Source of the DNA: the human T2T-CHM13v2.0 reference genome, Homo sapiens
Length of the DNA stretch: 64,000 nt
Assembly: GCF_009914755.1 (NCBI RefSeq)
Contig: NC_060934.1
Direction: 5' to 3' (one strand)
Made by a program: the position numbers and the translations under genes. Shown piece after piece: positions 1 through 13,400 of this stretch (position 1 is the stretch's first letter; the number at the start of each line of letters is the position of its first letter). Under the pieces are notes generated by a model. It had not been told where the DNA came from. It ran no database searches and was given only the letters and a program-made list of their open reading frames with translations.

Positions 1-1189
1 AATAAGGTAGAAAAATAGTTCTTTCCATGAACCTCCAAAGCTGAAACACACAACAGTGCAGATGAGCAGTGAAGGCTTCATCTATGGTGGGTAAAAAAGA
101 AGGGTTCAGGGACCTAGGAAACCCGTCAGCTACTGGGCAAATTAGAAGGGTAGGGAGAAGGGAAGCAAGATAGCTAAGAGAGAGGGTGGGGTGAACCCCA
201 ACAAGTCAAGTCAGGAGCCCTCTAAAATCACTGCAGGGCTTATTGGTGTATGCTAACCTCTAAATCCCCAACCATGGTGAAGGAATTCCCCATCCACAGG
301 TGTTTCGGTCTAAACTCACTTTACCTGACAGGTACAGGGGAGCTGTGGGGAGCAGCCTGTGAGCTGCTTCTGACTCAGTAGAGTGTTAGGGAAGAAAGAA
401 GAGCAGAAGTCAGACACCTTCCCTCCTTCATATATATCCCTTCCCTTCTCACAGCCATTTCCCTGAGCCTAGCCTTCCACCAGGGAGCTTCAGGAGCTGA
501 ATGAGACCCACGCTTTGGTTCTCCCATCCAGCAAGTTACACCACCTCTTTGGGCAACAGTCTACCCCTCCATAAAGCAAATCTAGACCAAATGACCTCAC
601 AGCTGACTCAATCCTTGGGTTTGTTGATTCTGGCTTCTGGCTTTTTGATCTGCATTCAAATTGCTCTTTCATTTTTGTCTGCAGTCATCTGTATGAGTAC
701 CTAGAGAAAGACTGGGGGAAACAGTCATGACTACGTTACAAGCTTCTTTTTAAAGTCATCCATTTGTTGTGAGAGAGTTCAACGGTTATCTAGAAGCTAG
801 GTACAAAGTACAGTCTGCATTTATGAATCCCTGGAAATAATCTTGTTAGGTCAAGTACAAAGAATTATTTTACTCGCTAAGTTCCAATGAAAAGGAGAAA
901 TTGGATATACCATTATATAGACTTCTAAACTAAGAGAGAATTTAAATTTTCTCTTAATAGTGATTTGACTCAGCTAATATTTATACATTTAATAAAAGTT
1001 TCAACATTTTAGTTAAAATGCTATTTTTACAGTAGTCTTCTGCTCAGAGAGATTTAAATTATATTCATTAGTAGTGTCATGTTCAATGACTGAAGCCATA
1101 ACATCAGAGTGAACCCAATTGACGGGCAGAAATATATTTGCTTAACAAAAAAAGAGCAAAAGAGACAAAGGCAGACATGAATAGGAAGG

Positions 1190-1214
1190 GTTTTTTTTTT
1201 TTTTTTTTTTTTTT
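1190..1214. repeat. Poly-T run (~25 nt)
   Basis: Seen directly. Confidence 0.95.
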
Positions 1215-3374
1215 GGAAGGCTGACAGTTCTTCCCTCCAAGCAAATTATTACTTATCTATCCACCCAGCCTGATAAAAATAATCACAAATATTTTGAATG
1301 CCTGCATTGAAAGATGGATTTAGAACGTTCAGTGCTCACAGTGGCAGAATGGTTATGTATGGTTTCATTTGGACTCACAGCCGACCAAAATATGGGTGTT
1401 TAAGCCTGTGGAGCAGGAGCAACTAATTGATCCCACTTAGGAGACAGACTGTGAATAATGGGCCATTATATTTTGATGGAACACACAATTGCCTTGAACT
1501 TCTCAGAAGTTCAGGTGTGGGGATCCAGCTACCTGGGGCAGTTGCTGGAATGTGATGGTCTGCGGGCTTCTGATCATGCATCTGCCTGCTGCACCCCTCG
1601 TAGGGCCCAGCTCCATTTCACGGGAATAACTCACCTATTCATGAACAATGAGGTTCAAATTGTACCTTTCCTTAACACAACATTAACTCTCAAAGAGCTG
1701 GAAATTCAGCACTCGGTTTCGTGAGCTTAGATTGCAAATCAGTCACTGAGAACATTATATGAGCAGTAATCCCATTAAATATATCATCTTGCAAATATCT
1801 AAATCCAGTTAATTAACTTGTATTGCAAAAGAGCTTGGAGATATAGTTTTCAGAGAGCAACCATACATTTTAGGGCCCTAATTATACTTAAAGTAAATTT
1901 CAGGCTCTAGTTTTTATAAAAAATAGGTGGAAAACCGCCTTCTAAGGAAAAAATGGATTGATGGAGGGCTACGTTTATGAGATTTAAACAGAAAAGATAT
2001 TTAAACATTTCAAAAATTAACTGCTTTCTTGCATAAACTTTTTACTTGCATTGTAGGGCGGTTTTTTAATAAAAGGATTAAACAAAGTCTGCTATTTTAA
2101 TTAAAATTCATAGCAATACAATGTCATCTTTGCAATGGTCGTAGAAATTAACTAGCTCATGAATTTAGCCATTTCAGAGTTCATAATAATTTGACTTTAG
2201 CATAATATCCAAACCCACATGATATGTAGATTTTAAAATAATCACAGCAAGGATTTAAAAATAAAAATAATAATTTCACCTAGTGAAAATCCCATTACTG
2301 AGTTAGACATACATGACAACATTGGCTTAATAATTTCTCAGTGATCAATAAGTGTCTGGGATGCATACATAGCTCTATGTAGCCATATGTGTGTATGTTG
2401 CATGAAATTTGCATAAATTGAGTGCTCTGCATAAACTTTGCAGAAAACTCTGTAGGTGTACGTTTATGTGTGTCTTTCTGTCTTCCGATACCACTCACTC
2501 ACTTCATGCTTGTTTTGAACTAGCCTCATACCACCCACCAAAAAAGTGGATCATCAGTGGTATTTGTCAGTAAAATAAACCCTCCCAATATATGCTTTGC
2601 ATTATGTTTCATGAAAAATCCACACCCTTTAAGTGCAAAATTCAAGACTGACTTATTTTAAAATAGTTTAAATTGTGGTTTCTCTAGACTATTATTCAAT
2701 GCTGACATAAAAAAACTAGCAATAAAGTATATGAATACCTTCAATATAAATAGTGCTTTTCTTCTAGATAGTTCAAATTTTCATCCTATGTGTAAATCCA
2801 TTCATATGTATGAAGAACACATACAATAAAATCTTTTAAAATCTCAATGCCAATTGAAGACTGTGGCAGATAAAGTTTTTAAAAGATGTCAACAGGACTG
2901 GATTTATTCATGCTAAAATCCATGACCCCATTTGGGGCATCATTTGGGGCATCATGGTCCACTGTTCTGAAGAATAAAGTTTCAAAAATATTCACAGATT
3001 CTTTCTAACAATATCATTCTCTCTATCCAAATGTCACCAACACTGAATATACCATTTTTATTAGGAAACTGTCTTATTGGATACTTATACCACAACTGTT
3101 TTGAGGAACTTATTGTAATCATTCACACACTAGAAAAATAAAGAATTTAGTTGATCACACAGCCTTTTTTAGGGACTCTGCAACTGTTATCGACAGAAAC
3201 TGACAAGCATCTAACTCCAGAAAAAGGAAATAAATAAATGCAGTTTCTCGTTATATAGCACAGGCAGGTATTTCTGGTATGTTGGTAATTTCAGGAAAAT
3301 GTGGACTTGCCTCAAGAAAACTTTTGGAGACGACCTCTTCACACCCATCTTCTAAGTGTTTGCTATTAACTGTC

Positions 3375-3590
3375 CAAGTGCTATTTAGCATTGTATGTGA
3401 ATCATCTCATGTTTTCCTTCTAACAGCTCTGTGAGGCAAGATCTATTATTTACCCCATTTTACAGATGAAGAATTCTAGGCTTAAAAACCTGTAATCTAC
3501 TCAAAGCCTAAGACCTAGCAAGTTATGAAGTGGAAGTTCAAATGGAAGCCCATCAAACTCCAAAACTCATACTTTGAACTGATAAGCTAC
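3375..3590 (-). mobile_element. MIR SINE
   Basis: Core 'ccccattttacagatgaagaa' and flanking MIR-like sequence. Confidence 0.8.
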
Positions 3591-4871
3591 ACCCTCCATG
3601 AACAGAATGTCCTTTACCCTTAATTTTGTGGTACCCAATTTTGATTTTGTAAACTCACATTAGAATTAGGAATACAAGGATGTGGTTGTTTGGTCATTTG
3701 TTACCCAATGGTGTGGAGGTGGTTAGAATGATACATCCCATAGGAAACAGCGTGTCCATTGGCTGAGCTTGAGCAGAACTTTGAACATGTGAGCTTGGAA
3801 ACGCCACTATAGCGAATGGTGGGTGCACCAGGAGCTCCTTACTGATAAGTTTCCCCATGGAGGCCCATATATTGCTTGTTTTGACATCTTTTATGTGCAA
3901 TGTGGGAGGCACAGTGCAAAGCAAATTTAAAACTCTTAGGTTCATTTTCAGGGCTGAAGTTGTGTCTAGTGAAAGGGTTAAATGCCTCCCAGGCCTCCCT
4001 GCTTCCACTCTCTCCTGGATCATGTTGTCTAAAAGCAGGGCTCCCCGCACCACAGCAAACCGAAGAGGTACCCTAATGACAGTATAATTAGAAGTATCAT
4101 TGTGGTAATGATTCTTTTCATCTGGAGCACAGGCTGCACAGAAAAGGGCTCTTCATTCAGCTAATTCCACCTGCCTATCTTTTTTGCCTCTCCCCAGCCT
4201 TTTCCCCTAGGTCAGTAGCGCAGGGTTAATACCAGGTGTTTGACAAGTCCTCAGACTTGGGGCTCATCAAACTAATTAAAGAGAAACACATCCAAATTCT
4301 AGTGAATTATTTTACTTTAAAAAATGCTTCCCATTCATCTGGCTTGGTGAGTTTGATTAATGAAGACGACAAAGGAGCTCTTGTTCCTGCAACCCACAAC
4401 CACTTGGTTCGGGTTCAGTGGGCCCAGGGAGAGGCATCCGTGCCTTAATCTGGTCTTTCTTTCCTACTTAAAAATCCAAAGGGTAGAGAGGTTTCTGATT
4501 TTATCAGACCCACCAAGGCAGGAAAGGAAAGACAAAAAACATCTTGATGCACTAACTTAGCATAGCCAGAATTTATTTGTTTAACTTAAACAACCCTTAG
4601 AGGACTTCCCTTGTTTATTTGCCACACATAGGGTAATCTAAGACATTAGGAAAGCACTAGATTTGTCAGTATATTTTAATATCCCTAAAACTAATAAACT
4701 TCTGAAGCATGCCCTTCAGTGGTTTATTCACAGCACCTCTCACTCAGTGCTCGCTCAGACTTTCCTATGGTGTTGCCAACTCTCTGAGCACAGACTCATT
4801 GGTGATATACACAATGACCAAGAACATCCAGGGTCTAAACTTGGGAAAGAAAAATGAAGTTTTTGATTCTT

Positions 4872-5126
<255 letters not shown>

Positions 5127-6119
5127 AGTTTTTGATTCTTAATGGGAGTAATTTTTTTAATCAAAGGATTTTTAATTCCTATAGATAATTAGGAATCAAA
5201 AGTACATCTTGAATGGAGTTGTTTGCTGCATTAGCAAGATATGTCTGCATATTAACTAAGTAAAGCATTTGAAGATAGATTTGAGCATTTAGATTAATTT
5301 TAGATTAAAATGCATATGCTTCTGCCAGGTTAAAAACAAAATCCAACAGAAAACCATAGTAATAAATCTAATATATTAAATAAAGGATAGATATTTAATA
5401 TGTTGCTTTTAATAACATTAACCAAATTCATCATGAGATTAGGGCTTTAAAACCCATAAGCCATACATACCCTCCCCAAGTCCCCAAACCCTAAAATGCC
5501 AAATTATCCAATCCAATATATACCCCTTTGGTACTGAGACATTAAATGACATTTTAGTATTATCTTTAAGATAATTATTCAGGCACTTGGACATCATTTT
5601 AAATTCCATCATACATTTGAACCTACAATTTAAAAGACAGACATTTTCTTTCAACAAGTTTCTCTTAAAATTTTGAGTTTATTTTCGTGAACTTAAATTT
5701 ATGGTGATTAAAACTGTTTAATGAAAAACATCCTTTTTTGAAGCACACATCCAGTCTTGTCAATACTGTCTCACCAATTTTGACTAACAATAAAAATTAT
5801 TTTATGTCTGAGAAATGAATTCATACTTGTGAAGTTCAATAATTTCCAAGTTTAAAGTTTACAGTTTCCAAGTTTTAAGTTTAAGCACTAAGTCCATAGG
5901 CAGATGAATCTCTTTTTTATCCAAAAAGAAGAAAAACTCAATAAATAGATGGTAGTAAAATGGGTTAACTTTGGGCAACATTTCTTATGAGGCTTGGGAA
6001 ATGTTAATTCTGCAGGATATTAATAAGTATTATTAAAAAATAAAAAACAATTATACAAATTGTTTTGCTTTAACCCATTATTAGAAATATTTTCAAATAT
6101 ACAGAAGAGTTAAAAGGGT

Positions 6120-6330
6120 AAATAGCTTTAAAAAAACAATAAAACCTGGTAAACAAAGTTAAGCTGGTTTCTTCACAGCAGGACTTGTCAGGGCCTTTAA
6201 TACACCAATGGACACGGGCAGTTTCTAAGAGGAGAACAGGAAATACATCGTGTTCTAAATTAATTTGTGGCATCCTGAACATTTAGTGTCCCCTCTAACC
6301 TCTAATGTACTTGAGAAATGCTGATTCACA
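6120..6330. mobile_element. Degenerate ancient DNA-transposon (hAT-Charlie-type) fragment
   Basis: 'cacagcaggacttgtcagggcctttaatac...aaattaatttg' resembles remembered MER/Charlie consensus; weak. Confidence 0.35.
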
Positions 6331-7714
6331 GCAAACCCAGAGGTTCTGTGATTTTCATTTAAAACTCTATCCCAAAAAGCAAAGAGCTGGGTGCCAAACA
6401 AATTTATAAGAAGAAAGATGCTTTAAAAAATCGTGGTTTGAAAATTCATCAGCAATTTGAAAGATTCACAGTGTAAAGTTTACAAAAGAATTTGGAGGCA
6501 GGTTACCTTGCAGTTGATTCAAATATGCTACCTTGTTCTAAATTGCTAGCCTCTCCTTTCTCAAATGGACTCATGCTCTAAAATCCAGGCAAGGATTTGA
6601 AACTGGCAAGAAAATAATCCAGATGAATAAAGGTCTTGTTTCTCTTTAATCCTACCATTACCTTATAAAGACTTTTTCAAAAAAATTGAAATGTGGCAGT
6701 GAGTTTTTTTTTTTTCAATTTAATGTGAACACTGAAGGTAGAATTGTTGATGGTTAAGTTAGCTAGAAGTTTTAGCAAAAATTATTTTGAAATTCTCATT
6801 TAATTCTTGCTCAACGGTAAGAATCCAATCAATGCAAAATGTGAAGCCCAGTGTTGTTGAATTTCCCTGCTTCTTTTTTAATGTTAAGAATTGGATTTTG
6901 GAATGCATGGGTTTTCACATGTTAATGTTGAAATTGAATTCAGTTGTGAGCACGTTGTAAGATGCAATAAGAAAACTATTATCAAAAGGCAGTCGTTAAC
7001 CTTTTTGAAAATTTTTAGTATTGTTTTGTTTCACTTCTTGCTATAATCCTAACAAGCACAAACGCATCTCCGTTAACCCGCCTCTTAAAGAAATTGCTAA
7101 TATCTAAAAAAAAACAAAGCTGATCCTTCACTCTTATTTTCATACCAAAATAGTTCATTATATTTTTTTCCAGAATCTTCTTTTACCACCCTAGGGAACA
7201 AAATCCCAACTATGGATTCAAAATGACAGATTTTGTGGGTTTTACTTTTCAGAGATGATGTCACTTGTGGGGAATTGTTGGGTAAACCATACACTCTTTT
7301 CAGAAACCTGCAATTACCTCTCTGAATAAAGAGATCAATGTCATGTTTCTAGAAATAATGGCTAATGATATGTCTCTCAAAAGGAAGTGGCGTTATTAAT
7401 TACCTCACTGTGAACACACAGTTTATAGACAGCTCAGAGGGCCACTCGCCCAATTAAGTATAATGACTAAAGCTACAGTTAGTCCATCTGTACAGCCTTC
7501 TAGATTAACAAGCCTGCAGCTTTACAAGAGTTGTTTAAGGCTGATATGCACAGAGAGGAGAGCCCAGAGGCAATACCTGGACTGCCTTGGAGCGTTGGTA
7601 TTATTGCACAGCGGCGGGGAGCCCACACCCCTTATTTTTAATCACTCAGCTTTGTTTGGATGTGAGCTACGTTTGTATTGATCGCCCCGCCCCAATTTCC
7701 ATGCCAAAGTGCAT

Positions 7715-7995
7715 TAATTTATATTATATATTTGAGTATATATTTGTATATTAAATATGTTTAAATGAATATATAAAATTTTAACATTATGTTTATATAC
7801 TTATATATGAACTATTTAAGTATAAATATATAAAATGTTAAATATTATATTTATATACTTATAAACTATGTAAGTATAAATAATACATAATTTATATGTA
7901 ATTATATCATACATTTATAAATATATAGATAATTATATAACTATACATTTATGTACTTATATAAAATATTACACAAAAATATATTAATACTCATT
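7715..7995. repeat. AT-rich low-complexity / degenerate (TA)n
   Basis: Almost pure A/T with TATA periodicity. Confidence 0.9.
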
Positions 7996-8105
7996 AACAT
8001 ATGAAGGTGACAACAACAGCACATCATAACCCGAGGGGGTCAAGGTTAAAAGAACTGACCTCTGTCAAGAATAAAGACCTGGAAACTTTTAAATGATATA
8101 TCCTT

Positions 8106-8149
8106 ATATATGTGTGTGTATATGTATATACATATACACACACATATAT
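8106..8149. repeat. Perfect 44-bp palindromic microsatellite
   Basis: ATATATGTGTGTGTATATGTAT|ATACATATACACACACATATAT equals its own reverse complement. Confidence 0.95.
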
Positions 8150-9099
8150 GCATCTTTATTATTATTCGATGACCTCATTCTTTCAGGTAGTAATATAGGC
8201 TGATTATGAAGCCCCTGCACATAAATCCACATTTTAAAATGAACTTAATTCTTCTAAAGGATATACTGTTCCTTTCTACCCCCCCATCAGTATAATTTAT
8301 CATAATGGTCCTCATCTGTTTGCTTCTACGTTTTTTCCTAATTGGCTCCAGGGGCTGCGTATTGAGCTCTGGGGAATGACGAGGGATCCTTAGGGATAGG
8401 TTGGTAGGTACCAAAAGGGAGAGGACACCTGGGACCCAGGACCTGGGCCTGACCCTCAGGCTTCCAATGACCTAGGCGAGCACCAGGATTACCTCTGACA
8501 GGGGCTGTGGCTGGACCCTGGGGACACGCCTTGGGCTGTCAGAGAGCTGAGAGTTCCTCAGCTGCCCTTGGCCACCCGGCTCAGTGATTTATGACTTCCA
8601 CAGGAACCAAGCCCTCCCCACCCCAACCTGGAGATAATCCCACCTCCTCCCCATGGTTTGGGTGGATTTTTTAAGTGTCTGAAATCCTGCTATGATAAGC
8701 AGGGGCCAGCCTGACACCAGAGCACACACAGAATGGCCCGCGCTGTGTCCTCACCAACAGAGAGCGACACCTGCCCCGCCAGCTGTTGCTTCACTTTGGG
8801 TCATTCAGAAGGCCGGAAAACATGCTGATTCACCCAGACGGGTGACTGTGCAGAGCTCTGGACACTCTTGGCAATTTCCAACCTGTTCTTCAGTTTTGGG
8901 GTCCAAAGGATAATTGCAGCCTTCAGCTAGTTATAGCTGGACCCCTGAGCCTGCCAGAGTTGTTTTTGGTTTTGTTTTGGTTTGGTTTTGGTTTTAAGCA
9001 CAGTCACCCGTTTCCATGTGTTTCTTCCTCCATTTGTTCACAAATACTTATGAAGCAACAACCAGGTCCCAGGCATTATTACCTATGAGAAGAAATGAT

Positions 9100-9310
9100 A
9101 AGGCCAGATTGGAATCTCACCTTCACCACCTACTGACAGTGACCTTGAACAAACAACTCAATCTCTATGAGCCTCAATTTGCCCAGTGGGCAAACTGGGG
9201 TCAATATTCTCTAATGTCAAAGGGTAGCTGTGATGATTACATGAGATAAAATACTACATGTAAAGTGCCTGACAATTTGCCTAATACAGTTGAGGCCCTC
9301 AGTAAATGTG
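9100..9310 (+). mobile_element. MIR SINE
   Basis: 'gtgaccttgaacaaacaactcaatctctatgagcctcaattt...atgagataa...tgtaaagtgcctg'. Confidence 0.8.
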
Positions 9311-9349
9311 TGTTCCCTTCCTTCTGCTCCCAGAAATTGGTCAAAGTAT

Positions 9350-9453
9350 TGTGCCTGTTTGTCACTAAGTAAAGAGATATCACATCCCGCAACTCAGGGA
9401 ATGTGCCTGTTTGTCACCAAGGATGAAGATGTCATACTGCACAACTCAGGAAA
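9350..9453. repeat. Diverged 52-bp tandem duplication (2 copies)
   Basis: Copies start at 9350 and 9402; 40/52 identical without gaps; first 16 bp TGTGCCTGTTTGTCAC identical. Confidence 0.9.
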
Positions 9454-9684
9454 TGCAGGACCTTCCACAGCTCCCACCTGGGCCAAAAGTAACTCTTCCT
9501 TTAAAGGTAGGATGGCAGCAAAGGTTGCAGAGGAGGACCTAGGGATATTGTGTGTCTGTGTGTCAACTGTGTTGTTCCCCTCAACTTCTTGTCATGAAAC
9601 TGTCCCTTACTGCTTTATAAATGCCCAAGCTTCCATTACAGAATACGGATTTAAATTATCTGTTACATTTGAACATGCATAGAA

Positions 9685-10460
9685 TGAACATAACCCAAAT
9701 TCCTCTCCTAGAGAAACATTTGCATGTGTGGACCAGGAGACATGGGCAAAATGTTCACATGCAGCATTGCTTCTGGAGCCAAAATGAGAAACAGCTGAAA
9801 TCCTAAGGGCAGTATAATTGATAAGTTGTGGTATAGTTCTTCAAAGGAGTACTATACAGCAATGAAAAGTAATGACATGTATCCATATATGCAAATCTTA
9901 GAAACATAAAATTGAGTAAATAAAAGCTTGTCACAGAGTAATACAGAGGGTATGGCTTCATTTATATACAGGTCAAAACATGCAAAATAATGCATATTCC
10001 CACTGCTTCAATTGACTAGCCTAAGAAATGCATATATGTATATTTTAGGGAATGTATACATTAGTGGTTAAATTGTAAGAAAAGTGAAGGGATACCAGTC
10101 ACAACATTCAGGGTAGTGATTGTCTCTGAAGGAAGAAGAGGGGCACAGGAGGTGAGAGGGAGGGAGAGTTTTATATGAATTGGTAACATACATTCTTGAG
10201 CTGGGTGGTGAGTTCACAGGTGTTAATTTCATAATTATTGTTTAATCTGTATACATGTTATATATACCCATGTGTATGCTATGTTTTATTATAAAATATT
10301 TTAATGTTCCCCATTATATGTGATTCTTGGGAACCCAGAGTTTGTTAGGAGAACAAATACGTACATAAAGACATACAATAATATTTATTACAGCATAATT
10401 TGCTGAGTTAAAAAAGGAAGCAACCAAAATATTCCAGTTTAAAAATGGTTAAAAATTTAT
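9685..10460 (+). mobile_element. Old L1 (L1ME-type) 3' fragments
   Basis: 'aatgttcac...gcagcattg', 'gtggtata...ggagtactatacagcaatgaaaa', 'cttgagctgggtggtgagttcacaggtgt' are typical L1M 3' motifs. Confidence 0.75.
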
Positions 10461-11452
10461 GGTGCAATAATTTCTTATAAAGAGTCCTTGGCTACCAGTT
10501 TTAAGAATAGGAGGCTAGAAAACTAATGAATCTCTCAGCTTTCAAAACTCAGGGGACAAACTGGACTAGAAATTAAGAAGGAGGATTCTTCTTGCTGTTT
10601 GGGCTATTTATTGGTCAGAAATATTAATTTAAATGTGAGTTCTCTTTCCATCTCTAGCCACATGAGCACAAAGCAAGTAACACTATGCAAATGTTTTCTA
10701 CAAATGAGTTATTGCTGGCAGAGACTTTGACAAGGCTTTCTTTCTTGAATAACTTACATAAGCAAAAGAACTAGACTTTGAATCAAAAGTCTTAAGCAAG
10801 AAATATGGTGGCTGCCTCTCCCACCAGGATGGAGGTTGATGGGAGTGCCGGAAGCCCTAAGCAAGAAATCAGATCAGGGAAGAGCATGGTGCTAGGGCTC
10901 TCCTTCCTGGTCTTCCACCCACAGCACCTTCCCTGGGCACTAGAAAGTCAAATAGAACACCACATCAGCCTTGGTACGCTCACAGCTACCTGGCCTTCAA
11001 GTGATCATCAAGGTTAAGATGGGAACCCAGGCTGCACAGGCATTCTGCACTTGGACTCCCTTTGGGTCAGGCATCTTTACATCACTGAGCAATGACAGCC
11101 AAGTCTTTCTTCCAACTGCCCAGCTCACCTTTGCATTTCCCCCTCCCCCTGCAGATTGGCAGAGGACCCTAGGATAACCTGGTCTGGCAGCCACCTGCTG
11201 GCCAACAGGTCTAAGATGAACAATCCTCCACAGTCTCCATCACTCTCTTTCTGAGATCTAAGGATGGAGCAGGCTCTTCTGGGTGGTTTGAACCATCTCT
11301 GGCTCAGAGAACATCAAGTCCAGCCTCCGGCCACAGCAACTGTGAGCAGCCAGCCCATGCTTTGTATGGGAGTGCAGCAAGGCAAGGCTCCCCGAGAGCA
11401 TCCTACTGTAGAAAACACGATACTGAGTCATCCCAGATCCAAGCATCCAAGT

Positions 11453-11850
11453 ATTCACTTACTCATTCACTCAGCAAATACTCAGTGAGACCCTACTGTG
11501 TGCCAAGCACTGCTCTGGTATACGCTGGTTGCTGATATACAAGGTGAATGAGACCAGTACAGTCCCTGGGAAGATGAGCAAGCCAGTAGATAAAAATTAC
11601 ACTGTCTGTGTCCAAGAGCTTGGAAGGAAACGAACAGGAAGTTGAAATAGAGAACAATCAAATTGGGGAACAACATACTTTAAGTAGGGGGCTGGAGAGA
11701 CCCCTCCACAGTGCCCTGTAAGTTAGGAAGGATAAAAACAAGCAAGCATGGAGAAGAAAAAGAGGAGAAGGTCTTCCCGGAATTAGAAAGAGAAGATCAA
11801 ATACCTGGAGATGGAAATGTATGTGCGTAAAGTATCTGGATAAACTGAGC
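11453..11850 (-). mobile_element. L2 LINE 3' end
   Basis: 'cattcactcagcaaatactcagtgagaccctactgtgtgccaagcactg' is the reverse complement of the L2 3' terminus. Confidence 0.75.
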
Positions 11851-11951
11851 CAAGCCCATTGAGGTGGAGGGGAGTGGGCAAGGCTATTCAGTTCCCCTTC
11901 CACAAAGCACAGATCTGCTAGCCCAGCATGTGAGTCTAAAGACTATGTCAA

Positions 11952-12319
<368 letters not shown>

Positions 12320-12936
12320 TCAAAGGACCAGTTCTCTGTTCAGCCTCACAACAGACACACTGGCCAGTCCAGTCCAGGCTCTGCTGCAGGGACTGCAGGC
12401 CCTGGGACTTGCTGATTCCCATTTTGATGAAATTAGCCTCTTTCAGGGCCCTGGTAGCATACTCTCAGTCCAAGGACACCCTATTTCTGTCCAGAAATGC
12501 TATTTGGGGAGTAGGCGTTCAGGGAAAGCGGTTAGATTGGCCAGTCCCAAAGGTCAGGAGTCCCCCAAGTCCCTACTTACTCATAATAAATTCCTGCTAT
12601 GGAAACTGAGAAGTCAGAAAGCATGCAGTCATCTCAGGCCATCCAGAAGGCCTTGCTTTGCGGAAAACTCGGTGCTCCATCCATCTGGCCAGCTGGAGAT
12701 TAGATAATTCCAAGAATATCCAGCTGTGAACAGAGGGAAATGAAGGGATCTGTCTGGCTCACAGTGCAGATGGAGAAAGTAATGCTTTTCCAATCAGACT
12801 CAGACCCTTCTGCTCTCTGGTTCTGTGGCTAAAATCCAACGGTCAACTATGGATGAAGGGCATGCCAGCCTGGAAGTTCTTGATGAGGAGAAGCTAATAA
12901 ATGTTAACAGCAGCTTTGATTTCTGTTATATTTCAT

Positions 12937-12968
<32 letters not shown>
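12937..12968. repeat. (CA)12 + (TA)n microsatellite
   Basis: Seen directly. Confidence 0.95.
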
Positions 12969-12974
12969 GTTTAA

Positions 12975-13400
12975 AATCATACCATAAAATAAAACATAGC
13001 AGAAACTTTTAAACCACCTGTAATTTCACAACCCTGGCATATTTTCTTCTGTATACAGTTACTTTTAGCCTTTGCCCTGAAACTTCTCTACATAGTTGTA
13101 GTCATGTCTGCACATACTTGTGTTTTTAAATTTTATATTATGTCATAAACACTTTTCCATATTCTTCCCAGCCTTTATAGTTAACGTTTTAATAACGGCA
13201 TTATTATACTACCGAGTAACTGTACTATAATTTGTCTACGCAATACTTTTCTTTTGAACATTTATATGACTTTAGTACTTTACTATGGTGGACAATGAGG
13301 CAATTGATATTTTTATGTATATAACTTTTTTCTTTCACATATTGTTGGAAATTTGATATTATTAAATTTTTAATACATTTGTTACCATCTCTCTCCTTTT
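12975..13400 (-). mobile_element. Degenerate old L1 fragment
   Basis: Antisense L1M-like 3' motifs ('gtactataattt...ttgaacattta...'); weak. Confidence 0.45.

Noticed and set aside
1-700. Possible ancient LTR with two AP-1 sites (TGACTCA at 371 and 604)
   Set aside because: I could not match a family or find termini or a TSD; motif counts are compatible with chance.
9350-9453. Repeat-spacer-repeat pattern reminiscent of CRISPR (also 26493-26638)
   Set aside because: Only two units, the 'spacers' are homologous to each other, the DNA is primate and there are no cas genes; these are tandem duplications.
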